A stretch of 63,206 bases of DNA, the filler included, from Folioceros fuciformis (taxonomy: Eukaryota): NCBI GenBank assembly GCA_049999805.1. It is 27 parts of 27 records of this genome, joined end to end, with 100 filler letters (N's around TTAATTAATTAA, not from the genome) between each part and the next. Parts side by side here need not be neighbours in the genome. Positions count along the whole stretch, not along the records: positions 25,675 to 27,102 come from JBNGIO010002542.1; positions 27,203 to 32,006 come from JBNGIO010002543.1; positions 32,107 to 33,259 come from JBNGIO010002544.1; positions 33,360 to 35,558 come from JBNGIO010002545.1; positions 35,659 to 36,902 come from JBNGIO010002546.1; positions 37,003 to 38,008 come from JBNGIO010002547.1; positions 38,109 to 39,320 come from JBNGIO010002548.1; 20 more parts are not named here. One strand, 5' to 3'. The notes under the pieces are model-generated. The model saw only the letters and a list, made by a program, of their open reading frames with translations. It was not told the origin of the DNA and searched no databases. The position numbers and the translations under genes were made by a program. Shown here in pieces: positions 26,392 to 39,320 of this stretch (its first letter is position 1; every line of letters begins with the position of its first letter).

Positions 26392-27869
26392 TAGCATTTT
26401 ACCTTGGACCAATCGTAGCCTCTGTAAAAGGGGAAAAGGAAACGGAGCATGTTCAATTGAACACTCTACACCATAGACTTGACTGGCGTCCCGGTCCGGT
26501 CCGGTTCTGTCAGACGGAGAAGGTCGTTTGCCGCGTACTTTCCGATGATCTTCGCTGGCTCCCTCTTCGGCGCCAGCGTGGTGCAGGTGCAGGCGCAGGA
26601 ATGTTGTTCGATGATGCAACGTCGCCAATTCGTTGCGCTCTATTTGTCATTGTGGCGTGGAACAATTGCTGGGACAAAGGGGAGGCATTGGAGTCCTCTT
26701 GGATGGAAACAAGCTGAGAATCCGACTACAGTCTCATGCTGATGTTTCGTTGGAGAAGGATCGACTTGCGTGTACGGATTCTGGCAGGTGGCACACTCGC
26801 AGGGTCTAGGGTGCTGGAGGTCACAGGCTGAGTCTGGTTCTTGTGGTGTGACATCAGAGAGAGTTCGTCCTGAAGGCAACTGAAATTTCGATGGCTCGGA
26901 CGGAGGAGTTCGCGGGAGGGATGAAGTTGACGATGCACGTAACTTTGCTTCATGTCTGCCTATTCCTGTGTTTGGGCCAGGAGGCTACGGAGTATTTCGT
27001 ACGGGAGCAGAACATACTGAATAGTGAGGAGATGCCCTGGCTGGAGAGCGGGGCGAGCTTGAGGGAAGGACTGTATAGGTTGCAGATGCGGGAGGATTGC
27101 GANNNNNNNNNNNNNNNNNNNNNNNNNNNNNNNNNNNNNNNNNNNNTTAATTAATTAANNNNNNNNNNNNNNNNNNNNNNNNNNNNNNNNNNNNNNNNNN
27201 NNAGCCCTGCGAGCGCAGCCAGCAGGTAGGTGAAGTACAGCCCGCCAACTGTTCCCCCGCTGTCACCCGCCCTACCATACAAAAAAAATTACATTCCAAT
27301 GCTTCGACAGGAAAACACAACAGCGCCACCTCTATCTCTGCTCCTGTCGCTTCCCTTGCCCTTGCGCTTGCCTTGCCTTCCCTTTCCTGCTCTCAAGGCT
27401 ATATATACACTTTATGTGTGACGTTCCTTCCTATCCTCCTGAGCCCCAGCCCGCCGCCCACAGCCCGCTTTGGCCACTGTGCCTCTTCTTCACTTCCTTT
27501 GCTTCCTTCCTTCCCTCCTTCCTTCGTTCCAGTCTTGGTCTTGGGATTACCCTCGCCCTGCTTGTACCATTTCCTACGCCTGACGGCCAGGGCCGGCTCG
27601 GCTCGGCCCGGCCAGCTGTTCCAGCTATGCCCAGCATGATCACAACTACGCCACACCGATTTTTTTTTTTTTTTTTTTCGCCTCTGCCTCTTGCCTCTGC
27701 CTCTGCCGCTCCCGCTCCCCTCCGTACTAATACACACTCACTCACACGTACTTAACATAACCTAATGCTACTTGCTCTGTACATTTGTGTACTCATCTTC
27801 CAGCTCTTAATCTAATATGCACCAACCATCACAACGGACGGATTCTTGTCGGCATTTTTGTTGGCATCC

Positions 27870-28650
27870 ACTCCTTACTCTCCTCCGCCTCCAGCATCAC
27901 TTGCCTTGCTTCATTTGATGTGTGGTTTATTGTGTCGTAATCCCTTACTCTTGTCCGGCTGCAGCACCGCTTACAATAGTTCACATGTGTGCAGTTTAAT
28001 GTGTCGTAATCCCTTACTCTCGTCTGGCTCTGGTATCAATTGCATCAGTTCGTTTGTGGCAGTTTATTGTCATAATCCCTTACTCTCATCCGTCTCCAGC
28101 ATCACTTGCATTAGGGTCGTGACATGACCTAACATATACCTGAATACCTGACTAGAGAGACTGTGACTATTATTGTGACTGACTAACTCATGAAGTCACT
28201 TGCTTTAGAGCACATGTCCGTTCCGTTCATTCAAGTCCTCTCCCCTTCAGTCCTTTCCCCTCGCTCTGGGTATCACATGCTTTAGTTCATATGTGTGCTT
28301 CCTAGTCGTGAAACGTACATGTACATAGCTGGCTGTTAAGATATGACAATCGTTCTGTTAAGATATGACAATCGTGCATGGTGCCGTGCTGCACTTGCTC
28401 TGGCGCGCGTATGTGCGGCGTCACATGCTTTGCTTCCGCACTTTGTGTGGTTCCTAGTCTTGGAATGTATAGCTGTTAGGATTGTGACAAGCTTGGAGCT
28501 TGATGGAATGTAAAGTTGTTAAGATTCTGACTCGCCTGGAGCTTGATGGAATGTAAAGTTGTTCATATTCTGACTTGCCCCCTGGAGCTTGATGGAATAT
28601 AAAGCTGTTAAGATTCCGACGAGCCTGGAGCGTGACAAAGCTGGATGCTG
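27870..28650. repeat. Nested minisatellites (66-69 bp, about 22 bp and about 44 bp units)
   Basis: TGTCRTAATCCCTTACTC occurs at 27933, 28002 and 28068. TGTTAAGATATGACAATCGT occurs twice near 28334-28375. TGGAGCTTGATGGAATRTAAAG occurs three times near 28495-28605. Confidence 0.8.
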
Positions 28651-28999
28651 GTTGGATAAGTGCGGCCTCACATGCTTTACTTCATCCACGCGGCGTTTTG
28701 TGGTCCCGGGCCGGTCTTGGAGCGTATAGCTATCAAGAGGTGAGGTTGTGATGACGATCCGATTCCTTAGCTGACATTCTGATGACAAACTTGACACTAT
28801 CACTTGCTCTCTCTGACAAATGAATATGTCCTAAGCCGTTTGCTTGTGCTTATTGCTTTAGTACTATAACAGCTGTGTGTTTGGGTTTGATTCTGACAAT
28901 CTTTATGTATCGTACTCACATGTTTGGACTGTTTTTTGTGCCGCCTGTCGTGTTGTTGTGCGGGTCGGACGTGGTCTAGGTCACTCTCTTTAGCTTGTA

Positions 29000-29900
29000 T
29001 GTGTCGTAGAGATATGACAACATATGCAGAAGATTCAAGGACCCTTTGGTTTGGTTTGGTTTGGTTCTCTTTGTGGGCTATGAGTTTGAATGTCTGTTGT
29101 ACAGGAAGTGGGTGCCAAGTGATGTTGGATAGATAGGTTTGGATTTGGAAGTATGTGGGTTAAACTTCATTAAGAGATATTTAGAGTACTCATAATGAGA
29201 GTATTAGCAATATGACCTCAAAGGATGTTGGACTAATTAATATTCTTACTTACATTATGCTTTGGGTTTGTTTAAGAAGTGACATCAATGATCCAGGTTG
29301 CAACATGAGCTACTAGTGCACATATAAGTGAGCTATGCTCGAAGGAATTCATTGGCCCACATATATGGTCAAGTGAGATGTGTCACACACAAGATATGTA
29401 CTTATGTCCTTTTGCTTGCATGTGTCTCGTTTTTGTATCATGATCTGTATGTCAGATATGGTGGCGCAAGCAAGTATGTCCTCTTGTTTACATGTGTGTC
29501 TCGTGGATGGTGTACATCTCTATCTCCTTTTGCGTTCATTTTTTGAATTTGAAAGCCAGGTGTTGGATTTGTGAGTCAAGTAAAATTGGTGAAGGTGGAG
29601 TGGTGTAGTGGGTTGAAGCTAAAAGATACTTATGTACCAATGGGTAGAGATGTATGCCTGGTGTTGTTTTTGTGAAGTACAATGAGTGCATATTAGGTTG
29701 ATTACTTCACCAATGGGCAAGGGGGCGGAGAGGAAAGCTGTACCCAGCTAACTACACCATGGGAGAAAAAGCCAGCTGCTGGTGGCTTGAGTGGACGTCA
29801 AGAATGGAGTGGCTGACACACTACAAGAAATTGATTTTCAAAGTATTATTAGGCAATGAGATTGGAGTCATGGGCCTGGCGGGGTGATCTTAAGTGCAGT
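29000..29900 (-). mobile_element. Possible highly decayed Copia-type pol remnant
   Basis: The minus-strand translation, broken by stops, shows weak echoes of Copia RT motifs in the expected order (TRHMQAKGH ~ KARLVAKG, IIDVTS ~ LDVKT, YSKYLLMKFN..SKP ~ YIEKILKRFN..SKP). Confidence 0.3.
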
Positions 29901-30049
29901 GGCAGAGAAAATGAATATGTGATACTGGGTAGAAGTGAAGAATGTTTAGCTTAGTCGTGTGATTTTATTCTAGAATATGCTTTTAAGATACATATGTATA
30001 TGTCCAGCAGGAGTTATATAACGTGGAAAGGCGTCGTTAAAGAGAGCAC

Positions 30050-31530
30050 GTGGAGTAGAATATAGTGGGTTGAGCCCTGGCCTGGCCTGGCCTGGGCCGG
30101 GGCCGGAGCGCGGGCCCAGGCACCGGGGTGGGCCGGAGGGTCCGGGTGGATGCGAGACGTGTGTGGAAGGAGTCGGAGGCTCGGGAGCGGGGGCGGCACG
30201 GAGTGGGCCGGAAACAGCTGGTCAGGCAGACGCCAGAGGCCAGAGAGGCCAGACGGAAGATGCACAGCAAGGCACAGCACAGCACAGCAATGCAGTGCAG
30301 TGCACACCGCTGCAATGCCGTGAGGCTGGAAGGAGGCTGCAGACTGCAGGCAGGTACCCTGTTGCAACTTGGTGCAAGCTTGCCCTGCACAGTTTGAAAG
30401 AGAGAGAGACGAGGAGTTTGACGTCCTTCTCCTTCCTTCCTTCCTTCCTCGCTTGCTTGCGTTTCAAGTGGTGGCAGATGCAGATGCAGATGCAGCAGCT
30501 GCTGTCCCGCTTCCAGCGGCGCCCTTCTCCTCCTTCCTCCGGACGATCACATGGCCGGAAGCTGTGCGCTGCTCTAAAGTTAGCTTAGCGTGGCGGATGC
30601 AGATTACTCCACGCCAGATTAGTGCAGGACGCAGGACAGAGCAGGGCTGCGCAGCGCAGCGCAGGACGGATGTGTGTGTGTGGGGTGGGTGGGCTGCCTT
30701 CTGCCTGCTGCCTCTGCCTCTGCCTCTGCCTCCTGCACTGCTTGCTTGCTTGCCCTAGGGTACACCGTGCAGCCAGCCAGCGCTTCCAGACTTGTGACCC
30801 CGCTGCCGCCCTGGCCTTCCCTCGCCTTGCCTTGCCTTGCCTTGCCTTGCATTGCATTGCCTGGCCTCGCCACACCTGCAACTGCAAAGCATGGTTTTAA
30901 AAACAATGCGCAAGGCCATTGGCAACAACAAACAAGTACAAGAAAAGGCCGGCGAGCGGGCAAGAGACAGAAGCCGAATCGTCCAATCATGCCCTAGGCT
31001 GATGACCGCTGCGCCTGCACTTGCGCCTGCGCTCTCTCGGGTGTGATGTTGGGAACCAGGCCGACCCGACCCGGGCCGGCCCGGCCCGGCCCGGGCCGCT
31101 CCCTCTGCGTCTGCGGCCTCTGCCTTTGCGTCCCCTGCGGCCTCTGCCTCTGCGTCCTCTGCGGCCTCTGCCTCTGCGTCCTCTGCGGCCTCTGCCTCTG
31201 CGTCCTCTGCGGCCTCTGTCGCTGCCCCAGCCTCCACTCTGGAGTCTCTGATCCGATCCGAGTGTGTGAACTCGTCACCCTCCTGCATCGCGTAGGATCG
31301 CATCGCATTAAGTTGTATTGCATTGCATCGCATCCCGGCCCCCCTGTTCCTGTTGCTTCCAAGAGTTGTCTACCTGCCAGGCCGGATTAGGCCCGGCTCC
31401 GACCCTGGCTGGAGGCGGGGAGGTCCGGCTGCCCCGGCCCCAGGAGACAGACAGGCAGGTCGAGACCGAGACCGAGACCGAGACCCAGGACCCAGGACCC
31501 AGGACCCAGGACCCGCCCCGCCCCGCCAGG
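30050..31530. repeat. GC-rich microsatellite and minisatellite mosaic including a 24-bp unit
   Basis: Runs of (CCTTG)n, (GCCTCT)n, (GCCCG)n, (GAGACC)n and (CCCAGGA)n, plus GCGGCCTCTGCCTCTGCGTCCTCT about 4 times at ~31112-31218. Confidence 0.85.
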
Positions 31531-32994
31531 AAAACAAAAGCATGCATTGTATCCACTACAAATAATGGAATAGTCGCCGCCGCTGCCAACCTCGCCTTTT
31601 CTTTCTCTCTCTACCTTCCCGACGCAAATGGGGCAGGCAGCCCACACTTCCCTTCCGCCTACCTACGGCCATGTATATTCGTATGTATTCGGTACCATGT
31701 GTTCATACATGCATAACTGCAGACATACATACGCCTATCCTAGCAGCATCCTCACATCTCCGTCTGCACTACACTACTGTATACTCAAGCTATGCTATGT
31801 GATGACTTTCTTGTGCAGGAGTGAAGGTCCGATTGCTCCTTCCACACCCACTCCACCTTCGCCCTCGGTCCTTGGCCTCAGCCCACCTGGGGGGCTGGGC
31901 CTAGGCCTAGGCCTGGGGCCTCTCCTCCTGGCTCTCACTGCCCCGGTCCCTGTCTCCGTCCCCCCTGCTGCTGCTGCTTCTCTCTTCATCATCAGCGGGG
32001 CCTGCTNNNNNNNNNNNNNNNNNNNNNNNNNNNNNNNNNNNNNNNNNNNNTTAATTAATTAANNNNNNNNNNNNNNNNNNNNNNNNNNNNNNNNNNNNNN
32101 NNNNNNGTCTTAATAGTGCTAGTCGTATAGGGGTCATCCACCTCGCTTAGCACCAATGGCATTAGCAGTTCTAATCCTATCTTTTTCACACGAAAAAAGA
32201 AATCCAAGCGCAAGAGAAGTTTTAGAATTACCTCGTGAAAGACTTTTTTTTTGCACACCACAATTTTGAGCTTGTTCTACGAACGTTCAATATATAAATA
32301 TTTAACAAATTCTAAGAATAAAATTTTTTTTTAATATTATTATAATTAAATAAAATTTTACAAATAAATCTATTTACGTTTGCATACAACTCTTCAAAAT
32401 TATCCTTTTCTAAATAGTCTTTTGGTGTGGAAAAGGCTTTGCGCATCTTAATATCATCCGTAATACATGGGTGCTATATGTTCGATAAATGATGAAAATC
32501 AACAAGGAGATGAGGAAACCGTGGCTCAAAGTTTATTCCTACACCGGTTGCTTGTTTGGGATTTGTTTTCTTCCGTGATCTAGAATGCATTCAAATATAT
32601 ATGAGCTCTTATAAGTGTTCAAATCATATCCAAGTTTGTTTGAAACGATGCTATGAAAATAATCATCAAGAATAAATGGGAGCTAAGCAAGAAAAAAAAA
32701 TATATTGAGATGTACACCTTTGTCTTGGTATAGTAGATACATGTCTTTCACTAGGTAGACTTGAGCTTATAGGAGGTAGACTTTGCCTGGAAGGTAGATA
32801 TGTTAGAATCATGTGCAAGCATGCATGTCTTCCTTGAAGAAGAATGAATGGAAAAGAAAAATAATAATAAAGATTTAGTACCTATCTCTTGGTTCCTTAA
32901 CTCCTAGAGTTATCATTGGCTTATGTACTATGGGGTTAGAACTCATAATAGGAGATGCATATCTGTTGACCTCGAATTGAGTAGAATTTGAAGC

Positions 32995-33045
32995 TGCATT
33001 TGCATTTGCATTTGCATTTGCATTTGCATTTGCATTTGCATTCGC
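32995..33045. repeat. (TGCATT)n hexamer microsatellite
   Basis: About 8 tandem copies. They read (Ala-Asn)n on the minus strand within a possible terminal exon. Confidence 0.9.
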
Positions 33046-34742
33046 ATATGCAATTGAAGATATGGGAGATACACGAGGTATTCTCAACCTGAAAGGTTTC
33101 AAATGTTACATGCTATTGAAATGAACATCACAAACTAAGTGAAAGAGAAAAGTAAAACGAAAAACAATACCTAAGCATTCCTGGTCTATGAGATATTCTT
33201 GGCAAAGATGGCGCCAATGGAATAGTTGCAAATAAGGTTGTTGCCATTGTATTTGAAGGNNNNNNNNNNNNNNNNNNNNNNNNNNNNNNNNNNNNNNNNN
33301 NNNTTAATTAATTAANNNNNNNNNNNNNNNNNNNNNNNNNNNNNNNNNNNNNNNNNNNNACGCTTCTCTCCTATCCTCTACTACCTGACAGTGGACAGAT
33401 GGCATGGTTCCGTCGCCAAGCTGTGATCGCATCTGACAGCACCTAATGTTTGACATTGCTTTCCCGGCCCTTGGCCTGTTGTGCACATGTCTCATGATGG
33501 TCAGGTGTGGATGATTTGTACGTGGTTCAGAGTGCGATCGCGAAGGCGCTCTGGAGCGGTTGTCTGATTATTTGTTTGTGATGATTTTTTGTGATTCCTT
33601 GGTCGTGAGCAGACGATTGCCGACTCCGATCGAGGTTTTCTCGCTTAGCTTCCATGGATCACCACCTTTGTGTCGGTAATTGTCTTTCACTATGCGGTGG
33701 CGGATCGTACGCACGATGGCGGCAGCTAATGTTGAGGCACAATGTGCGCTCGACCTGTGAAGAGAGAGACACAGTCTTGGACGAGCTGCCGTTCCCCTTG
33801 CCCTTGCCGTTGCCTGTGGTGCATCTAAGGCCACAGGAGTGACACATAAATCTTGCTCACGGAAGGTGTGTACCAATTTGTTAGGGCTGGGAGTGGCATG
33901 AAGCTGCTTTTGTTCCCTCAGTTCTGTACGGAGTTTTATCACCGAATTGTGCAAAGTAGCCAGCAATGAGAGGTCAGCACTTTTTTTTGGAATTGGTATT
34001 GTGGTACGTGCTATTCCGCAGTTTGTGGTGTGGTACTACGAGGCTGCCAAATCTTCAGGTAGCGGTTGAGTCATCACTGTGTGCCTGCAGCAGATGATGC
34101 GTAAGGGACTGCTACATGCTTTTCCACTGGCAGCGCAGAAGGTCTGCATTCACATTCGCATATAGACCTTACTGTTGCCAGGGTCATGTCTGTTAATCCT
34201 TGCTGCTGGTAACTTGTGCTATGGCCTGCCTATGAAGCGTCGGAGGGTTCATTCATTCCAGACGCCTCCACGATGTCGTCCTTTACTATGTGTAAGTAAA
34301 TGTTCTCTACCCTCTCCCCACTAACCCAACGCGCATGGGTCAGGGTCAGGTAACCCTGCGTTTTGCGTATGTGCCTGGCAGTGGGATCAGTTCAGCATCT
34401 CACTGTTGTTCAGAGTCCTGTGCTGCAGTCCCAATGTTGAAGCCAAGGCCACCTTCTTCGTCTTCAGCATTGTCATTCTTATCTCCGCCACCATGAAGAA
34501 CACCAACGCAAAGTCTTTGGCTCCCCGCTGAGACTGGGAACCACATGTTCTTGCGCTTTGCGAACGTCTTTGATAATGGGGTCGGCTCAGCATCTCACTG
34601 CTGTTCAGAGTCCTGTGTTGGCAGTGTCTGTCAGTCCCAATGTTGCAGCCAAGGCCATCTTCTTCGTCTTCAGCATTATCATTCTTGTAAACCACATGCC
34701 ATAAGGAATGCTCTTGTCTTGGCACATGCACTTCTGGTGCTA

Positions 34743-35558
34743 CTATCGGGGGACGACGTCGACAAAAGTGCCGCTGCTGAGGAGCGCAGCGGAGTTGGAG
34801 ATGTCGGAGTTGCTATGTTGATACGAGGCTCGCGAATGTACGTTGGAGTGCATACGGGATGAGCCGTCAGCAGGATCTGTGGACACGCCCCAGGGCGCTG
34901 TGCGCCAAATATCATCCAGGTCCCGCACCACCTCGACAATACCGGGCCGCCTGTCCGGGTCGTCTTGGCAGCAGCTCACGGCGAGGTTCATCACCCGAAG
35001 GATGAGGTCAGGCAGGTACGGCCCCATGCGAGAATCCACAATGTCCAGCACAGTGCCAGCCTCGAAGGCAGTCTTCACCTCTCGCACGATGTTCTTGCCG
35101 TGCGAGATGGGATGCAGCCCGGTGACGAGCTCCAGGAGCACCACTCCGAAGCTGTAAACGTCACTCTTGTCCGTGAGCTTGTGCGTGAGGAAGTACTCGG
35201 GGTCGAGGTATCCGGGCGTCCCCTTGACGACGGTGGAGACATGCCCTGGCACAGACCCCTCCTCGTCCGGCACTGGAGCCAGCTTGGAGAGCCCGAAGTC
35301 CGCTACCTTGGCATTCCGCTTCCGGTCCAGCAGGATGTTAGTGGCCTTGATGTCCCGGTGGAATATTGGCGGGTTGGCCTCGTTGTGAAGGTAAGCTATC
35401 CCCCTGGCGCTCCCCATAGCTATGCGCAGGCGAGCCTGGAGATCCAGCCCCGCCTCATCCCCTTTCACGGACAGATTGTCCCGCAGCGTCCCACCCTCCA
35501 TGTACTCATACACCAGCATCTGCTCGTCCTGGTCATGGCAAAACCCCACCAGCTTCAC
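34743..35558 (-). CDS. Receptor-like kinase, kinase domain and C-terminus (LRR-VIII/At1g06840-like), 5'-truncated
   Basis: Motifs [85 protein letters not shown] and [12 protein letters not shown]. Confidence 0.93.
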   Translation of the reverse strand: MKLVGFCHDQDEQMLVYEYMEGGTLRDNLSVKGDEAGLDLQARLRIAMGSARGIAYLHNEANPPIFHRDIKATNILLDRKRNAKVADFGLSKLAPVPDEEGSVPGHVSTVVKGTPGYLDPEYFLTHKLTDKSDVYSFGVVLLELVTGLHPISHGKNIVREVKTAFEAGTVLDIVDSRMGPYLPDLILRVMNLAVSCCQDDPDRRPGIVEVVRDLDDIWRTAPWGVSTDPADGSSRMHSNVHSRASYQHSNSDISNSAALLSSGTFVDVVPR

Positions 35559-36236
35559 NNNNNNNNNNNNNNNNNNNNNNNNNNNNNNNNNNNNNNNNNN
35601 NNTTAATTAATTAANNNNNNNNNNNNNNNNNNNNNNNNNNNNNNNNNNNNNNNNNNNNACGCCTAATGATAAATAAATAAGTAAATAAATAAAATTTTAA
35701 TTTAAAAGATTGTTTTTATTTTTTTAAATATTTTTATTTTCATAAAAAATAAAAATACCTAAACGATAACCCCTCTATGCGGGACGATTTTTCTACTCCC
35801 AATTGTTCCCAATTGGAGGGGTCTGACTGTACGTTCCCATGTGTCTCCGTTTGAAGCTCACGATGGGAGCCGGTTTCTCCCCACGAGTTGTGAGGCTTAA
35901 CTAACCAGGGGTCAACTAACCCTAGTCATTAGTTGCCGACGATAGACGAGGCTCCAGTCTTGACGCGTTGAGTGCAGAAGGTTTAATAAGTGGAAGAGAT
36001 GATTTAAAATCCGAGAGAGAGAGACTGTGGTAGACCAATTTTGCGGGCAGTTTTGACACCGAGGTTTTGTGGGAAGGTTTGAACGCGAAAGCGCGCTTCA
36101 AGGCGCTATCGGTTGAATCGGAGGGCGGGAGAGACGGCAAGGCAGGCAAAGGCACGGCAGGGCATGGTGGTGGCATTGTGCCATCAGCAGGAAGAGGGAG
36201 AGGCAGGGGAAGAGCAAACGCAGCGGGAGCGGTGCG

Positions 36237-36902
36237 ATGGCGGAGTTGCCCTGCGATGTAGATGGCAAGTGCATGGTGTGCCACCAGTTTCCTCTTCCCA
36301 TGGAGGAGTTGCTACGGTGCAACAGCTGCGGGAGCGACTGGCATGCGCCGTGTCTTGCCAATGGGCCAGAGCCGGATGCGCACGTGTGGCAGTGCCCTGA
36401 TTGCGAGCCTGCGGCTGCTTCCGGGCCCTGCATCCCGCACCAGGCCGCGGCGCCGTCCGACATCGTGAGCAAGATTCGGGCCATCCAGGATGACGCTTCG
36501 TTGAGCGAGAGGGAGAAGGCGAGGCTGAGGCAGGATGTGCTGAGCGGAGGCGTGAAGGAGGAGAAGGGGAAGGCGGGGAAGGGGAAGGGGAACGGCACTT
36601 TGGACATTCTCACTGACAATTTGCGCTGTACTATGTGCTTGGAGCTTTGTGACAGGCCGGTGACCACGCCTTGCGGCCATTCTTCCTGTCTCCGCTGCTT
36701 CCAGAAGTACATCGCGCAGGGGAACAAGAAGTGTGACAAATGCCGGGCCACCATCCCCCCGCGGATGGCCTCCGAGCCGCGCATCAACGCGCAGATGGTG
36801 CTGGCCATCCGGCTGGCCAAGAACGGGGAGCAATCGGGAGCGCAGCGCCCGGTGTCCAAGCCCTCGCCTGCCGTGCTGGAGAACGAGAAGCGGCCGGACA
36901 AG
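36237..36902 (+). CDS. ORTH: ORTHRUS/VIM (UHRF1-like) PHD-RING-SRA E3 ligase, N-terminal part
   Basis: The start MAELPCD.DG.CMVC, a PHD finger (C..C...WH..CL..W.CPDC), I.AIQ.DASLSE.EKAR.RQ, a RING (CTMCLELCDRPVTTPCGHS.CL.CF..C.KCR) and IPPRMASEPRIN..N..RPDK. Confidence 0.93.
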
Positions 36903-38178
36903 NNNNNNNNNNNNNNNNNNNNNNNNNNNNNNNNNNNNNNNNNNNNTTAATTAATTAANNNNNNNNNNNNNNNNNNNNNNNNNNNNNNNNNNNNNNNNNN
37001 NNCGCTCACCACACGCACACACTCGCACGCGCAGGCAGACACTCCCACACTCCTCCGCTCCCACTCTCCCAAACTCCCACACTCCCACGCTCCCACACTC
37101 CCACACTCCTAGACGCGAAGCGCGACCGCAAAATGCTGACGCTAATCGATCCTCGCTTCCGATTGCAGATTCCTGGCCTGTCCTGTCCAGTCCTGTCCTG
37201 TCCCGCCCTTCCCTCCCCTACCTTCCTTGGGATCCAAACCTCCTCGCTTCCCCGGGCTGCGTGTCCCGCTCTCACTTGGCGGCGCCGGGAGCGATCGAGA
37301 AAGCTGAGGCGGGGCGAGATGGCATAGAATGCGATGAAGCTGCGAGGAAATTGCCATGAGAGCTGCGAGTGGGGGAGGGGGAGAGGCCAAGGCCGGCTGT
37401 CCACCGGGACCCGGAAAACAGCAAGAGCAGGACAAGAGGAGGACGGTTATGACTGGGCACGGCCGCGGGACTGGTGCTTCCAGTGCAAGCCTGCTGCATC
37501 TGCCTTCTCGCCACTTTTACTCCATGTACCAAATACGCCCTGCGCATTCCATGCTGCGCCCACGCCAGCACTAATGCCGCTGGTCTTTGAATTCCCGTTC
37601 GCCTCCAGGTGGTTAAAAACAGGACACCCCTCGCCGGGACCGGGCCTCCAATGGAACCACCGACTGTACGGCCGCGCACCCGCCCGGTCGGATTGTCCAC
37701 CCGTCCGGGCCTCCAGCCAGCTCCAGCTCCAGCGCCGGCCCTTGCCGCCATCTCGCGCTGCTCTCTCCATCTCCTCGGCCACGCGTCGGCGCCGCCTCAC
37801 CACCTCCCCGCCTCCCCGCGTAACGTACGTACTGTACATACTTCTCCACGCTTTGTAAGCCACTTGCATAGTGCGTGTGTTTCTGTAAGCATATTCGAAT
37901 TCCTTTCCACATTTTCCCTTGCTTGGAAGATGAGAATTGGATCCAGTCAGGACCCGGCAGACAGCCGTCACAAGCCGGCCCACCATACCCGTCGCTCCCT
38001 CCACCCCCNNNNNNNNNNNNNNNNNNNNNNNNNNNNNNNNNNNNNNNNNNNNTTAATTAATTAANNNNNNNNNNNNNNNNNNNNNNNNNNNNNNNNNNNN
38101 NNNNNNNNCCTCTAGAGCAGGCCAAAATTTTTGCAGTGACGGTACAAAGTCAATAAAAGTAATTTATTCACGCCAGGC

Positions 38179-39320
38179 TCACTGTGAGCCGTCTTTGCCA
38201 TCCTCTACGACGCTCAGGTGTGCATCCAACAGCCGTTTCTCTAGCTGGACTCTTTTAGCAGCAGCCAGTCCGTACTCGCGGTGCACGCTGTCCTCTCCGC
38301 GGGGTGCAGCCAGCTTACATTGCACGGCGCTCTCATTTTCGCGGGTTAGTGAGGCAATAATGCGATCCATGGGCACAAACTGGCCTTGGGCATGGCAGAC
38401 ACAGCCCTGAGCAGCTCGCAGAGCTGCCCCAAGAGAGGCTGAATCCGGGCGCTGAGCTGTGTATACAGGGCTGCCAAACACTTGAGCCATGAGCTTGAGG
38501 AGATGCTGATTAGCCGATCCACCTCCGGTTGCAATCACGCGCTCAGGCGGGCTGGGCATCCCGATCCTCTCGGCGTGCGCTCTCATGGAGAGAAACTGGC
38601 CTTCTACCAGCGCCCTCACCTCGGCCGGAGCATCGAACGGCGTGTCGGCCGCGCGAGCCACCCCGTGCACAAACCTGTGAGTCCCGGCAGGAAGCGGAGG
38701 CAGAATTTCCGGCTCGGTATGAAAGAAGCCGACCTGCCCGTCGTTCAATGCCGGGCTCCGGTCTAGCAGCTGATTGAACTCCTCCCACGACCCCCCGGCC
38801 ACCTGATCCCGCACCAGCTCCCTAGTAAGAGACCCGTTCTTGTAGCACAACATGGCCATGTAACAGGACGGATCCACCGGGTTGGGAAACACATGTCCCT
38901 CCACGCCAGGGTTAGGGTTCTGTGTGATCCCGAACACGGTGTCGCTCGTTCCCAAGCTCACGGCTAGATCTCCTGGCCTGTTCAGTGCCAAGCCGGCCAA
39001 GGAGCAGGGGTTGTCCCCGCTCCAGTGCACCACCTGGCAGTCCTCCCGGAAACCATAGCTTCGCACGAAGTAGGAGCTCAACGGTCCCGCTACCGCATGC
39101 GGATGAGCAAGATACCCGAGCTTGTCTCTCAGCCCCGGTGCAGTGGCGTGCAACGCCTCCTCAGACCACTCCCGCTCCCGCAGATCCATGAGGTTCATCC
39201 CAGCCGCGTCGCTGTGGTCGATTCCGGTGTACTCCCCCCGCAGCACGGACGCCATGAAGGAGCTCACCAGCGAGATCCGCTCCGTGGAAGCGTACACCTC
39301 CGGCTGCGTCTGCCACAACT
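38179..39320 (-). CDS. XK2: Xylulose kinase (FGGY family, XK-2 type), 5'-truncated, intronless over the visible part
   Basis: Motifs TERISLVSSFMAS, D.AGMNLMDL, WSGDNPCSLAGL, SLGTSDTVFG, EGHVFPNPVD, MLCYKNGSLTRE, EVRALVEGQFLSMR and ATGGGSAN. Confidence 0.94.

Noticed and set aside
26680..27102. Possible spliced plus-strand gene (..KLRIRLQSHAD..EATEYFVREQNILNSEEMPW..)
   Set aside because: It looks exon-like, but I could not fix consistent splice sites or recognise a family.
30014..31716. Many ORFs, including an AEAEAAED repeat frame
   Set aside because: They are explained by GC-rich microsatellites that lack stop codons.
37003..38008. 185-aa and 174-aa ORFs on opposite strands
   Set aside because: The contig is GC-rich with simple repeats and has no recognisable motif or preferred strand.
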